From positions 2,869,858-2,933,857 of the forward strand of contig NC_088312.1 of the NCBI RefSeq assembly GCF_910592395.1: DNA of 64,000 nt, read 5' to 3'. Below the pieces are notes generated by a model, which was given only the letters and a program-made list of their open reading frames with translations, had not been told where the DNA came from and did no database searches. The first letter of the stretch is position 1. Each line of letters opens with the position of its first letter. Both the position numbers and the translations under genes were made by a program. The stretch comes from Lineus longissimus. Taxonomy: Eukaryota. This document shows positions 60,757 through 64,000 of this stretch, piece after piece.

Positions 60757-63700
60757 GTAAGTTCTCCTCTTTCCATGATGATCCAGATTCATTTTCTGAC
60801 ATTTCTCTTTCTCTGACTGTGTCAGTGACTCTGTCTCACTGTTCTCAGACTCAGTAGTGTTCTGACAGTCACACGCATTAATCCCTGCATCGTCATAAAA
60901 TCATCAACTACCTGTGGGAAGCTCTGTCTTAATCTGTTGTGTGATGTGTTCATTCATTGTTGCCAGTAGTACTGACTGTTGCACGGCACTGGTCATTATT
61001 CAGAATATTATTCATATCATTGTTGTCTTATCTTTTGTTTTTACTTTGTTGCGCTGTCAGTGTCAGACTGTCATGTCCTCAGAGACAGTGGCCAGCCTGC
61101 ATGTGCAGCTCAAGCTCAGTCACCGGATCTGTGACGTTATTGATGAAAGAACCGAATTGAAATAGACCTTTGCCTGGTCCTGCGGCTGCTAGTGCTAGTA
61201 TAGTTAATAGTATTGAGTAGGGCTACATGAGTAACGCTGCACAATATTGTAATGCCACTTATGCTTTAGGCCTATACTGATATAGGCCTATCGCCTTTTA
61301 CGTCATGACGTTAATCCTTGTAATTGAGGCCGGCTGAGCAATACCATGGTCTTGGATGCCATTGCCATCAGCTTTATCTTAATTTTTTTGATAAAAAGGC
61401 ACAAGCTTACAAGCTTTTACGATGTGGAGTGATTTCCCAACTTCATGACTTTTGATGATGACATCTGACATTCCGTGACGAACTCTGACGCAGGCATGAG
61501 AAGAAGTTCACACAAAATCAACATGCAGTAGGGCTTACGACTTGAGTTGATATCTTGATACTTTGGTCAAGTTATCAGTGATTTGCGTGTACTGTAAAAT
61601 GTGATATCTCCATACATTGAATTTGAATTGTTACAGGACACACACCTTTTTTGGGACACCCTGTATATTACGGTAGTCACAATGGTTGTTCAGTGACTTG
61701 TAGAATACCCTAAAGATGTGACTGTGGGCAAAACAATCACAGTGGTGAAAAACACATACTGGTAATTTCAAATCTGTGTGGTGGAGTTGGTGGACAAAAA
61801 TTCACTGTCCATAAAAAAAGGTAAAGGCTTTATACATAAAGGTCAGAGTTCACAACTCATCGTATTTTTAAACTTTTTGTTAAGAAAGACACATTTTTTA
61901 CGTGGTGAGGCTGTAGTTAATCCCTATAGATATCTCCTCTTCATCAGACTGTCTAGATAAAGGGAGAGTTGCCAACGGCACCGAGACAAGAGAAGGGCAA
62001 AGTCTCAAAGGTCATATAGTGCTATCCAAGTGTCACTGGAGAGCTTCTGTGGCAAATACACTTGTGTGTGGAGCAAAATCTAGTATCAGAAGATGATGTA
62101 GAAAGGAATATTTAGCAACTGAAGTTTTTTTCAAAAGAGCTGTTGATGTTACCAAGTATTGATTAAATCTAATCTTCATGTATACTTGATGTCCATTGTT
62201 GCTAACATCATTGTACCCGTAATTGCTATCATGATAATCATCTATGACATACGATCAAGTTGCCTGGAAAAAACTAATTACCTGCATTCAATCATTCATG
62301 TCAGTGTATAAAACTGTATTTTCATGAAGAACTGCAAAAATCAATGTTAGTATTTGCTATAATGGCTACAGCTTTTAAAATTGCCAATATTTTGAACATT
62401 TACGATTCTATGAAACTATATACAAGCCAATATCATTGAGACAATGCAAGATGTCAGTTTCTTTATCATGTTTGAAACATGAACTAAGGATATGCTTGCC
62501 GTTCTTCATGGTTTTCCACTTCACATCTCTCATCTTACATGATTTGAAAAGGAGTAGTATATCAGCATGTGGTGTGTACTGTATGAGCATGATGCGAGCC
62601 CAATATCTTTATGCTTTGTCAATATCTCTGGCAGACAACCTAGGATTTCTGGAGCCAACTCATTTTATTTCGCTTGATAATGATATTGTAGAGAAGACTC
62701 TGTGAACCTTAGTTTTAGTTCATGAGAGTACCAGTAATCGAAGTCTTCGTCTTTGTACTGACTACTGACCATGTATTGACCAAAAAAAATCAGAACTAGG
62801 TCATTTTGAGTCACTGTGTTTATCAACACAGATTCATATTATTGAATCTTCTATATCTTGTCAGTGTTCACAGTGGCCCTAGTTGGATACATGTAGGCCA
62901 ACTCTTGGGCATCACATCATCACATGATGGCTACATCTCGTTTCGTGTAACATACATGGCATGCATGGGGAGGAGCATGTTGATGAATCGGTCCTTCAAG
63001 GAAAATATGTTGTTTAACTTTCAGTGTCTGGTTGGTTTATTGTCAGCATGATATTTTGTTATGGCCCCGGTTATGGAATAACACATGGCAAAGTCTGTTG
63101 GCAATTATGTGATGCAGCATCTAATGCTAAACACTAAAACAGATAGATTGGCAAGATGACTCAATTTGCATAGTGTTTGATTAATGACCGTGTCTGATGA
63201 TCCATGAGTTTGTTATATTGATCCAGTCTCTTGATCTCTGTGTCATTGGCAATGCTTGGCTATGTCGGCATGGACACCAATGGTCTCATCAATGCACAGA
63301 CCGACTGTTCTTACTTGTAGAGACTGCATGGAAAGTCGTTTCAGGGCAGTGTAGTCTACTGTCTAGGGAAATTGTCGGCCTATAAGAATGTTGCCTGGTC
63401 CGCTTATATCACAAATGTCATTTCTCATCCTTTATACTGCAGGCATCTTGCAATCATATTCCATTTTTAGATCAAAATATTTGTCTGTGGCAGCAAGACC
63501 AAAATATCCCCCTCCCCCCCCACACACTACACAAATCGAATCTGAAATATCACATTATCAGGGGGTCGTTTTGACATGACTAAAGTGAGTTAACATGCAG
63601 GCTATTCCATCTATAATCAACAAGTCATCACAGAGTGTATTTGCCTGGTCTCGCTAAACCATGCTAAGGCTAGTGGCTGTTTGTGCACAGTGCTATCCAG

Positions 63701-64000
63701 TATCACCATCTCATTGGTTTCTTGTTCCATAGTTACCAACAAAGGCTCGTAACTATAGGATCTTTTCAAAGCCCTTTGAACTAGGCGAGTCTGCATTCGT
63801 ACTGTTGATTAACCCGTAAATCATGTAAATGCAGTACATGTATACACAGTGTCGTTGTACTGTTATCATACATGAAACTCTGCTGAAACTTGGTCTACTC
63901 TGAAGTGTATTTGTATATCTGTTATGCATTTGTTGTTTCACTCTCTCTCAGGAAAAAGATATCACCCATCCCTGCATCATTTCAGACAATCAACAAATGT

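Overview
This is eukaryotic (metazoan, probably invertebrate) nuclear DNA, not prokaryotic. It has GT-AG introns, one ankyrin repeat per 99-nt phase-0 exon, minisatellites, a satellite array and LINE/foldback transposon debris. I hand-annotated six protein-coding loci; all similarity calls are from memory because no search could be run.

- **ANKRD6/Diversin-like gene (+), 32003..45864.** 11 coding exons; 8 ankyrin repeats followed by a 760-aa low-complexity terminal exon.
- **Nested antisense gene (-), 39898..41472.** An intronless 524-aa four-transmembrane (CD20/MS4A-like) ORF with a proline-rich octapeptide-repeat tail, lying entirely inside intron 6 of the ankyrin gene.
- **Macro-domain gene (-) and ALKBH3 orthologue (+).** 7 exons each, arranged head-to-head with only about 300 bp between their ATGs.
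- **HINT (histidine triad) gene (-), 56127..58642.** Exon 2 is present as two in-frame 105-nt paralogous copies, and the terminal exon as two 92-nt copies each ending in its own stop codon. This suggests mutually exclusive or alternative-terminal exon usage.
- **DENND5-like first coding exon (+), 60660..60756.** It begins with the [12 protein letters not shown] motif; the rest of the gene runs off the window.

The non-genic part is dominated by a roughly 9.2-kb palindrome (arms about 9811..12765 and 15130..18985). Each arm carries a 5'-truncated non-LTR retrotransposon 3' end with a microsatellite tail, internal satellites and SINE-like units, and a poly-G/C minisatellite facing the spacer. 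A 0.9-kb foldback/MITE-like element has inserted into the right arm only.

Other repeats: a roughly 150-bp satellite array with an orientation switch between ALKBH3 and HINT (53290..55760), a 26-bp tandem repeat in ankyrin intron 1, a 35-bp minisatellite, and several small palindromic or CCAAT/CRE-rich elements.

The first ~9.5 kb and 19..31 kb contain no coding sequence I could support.
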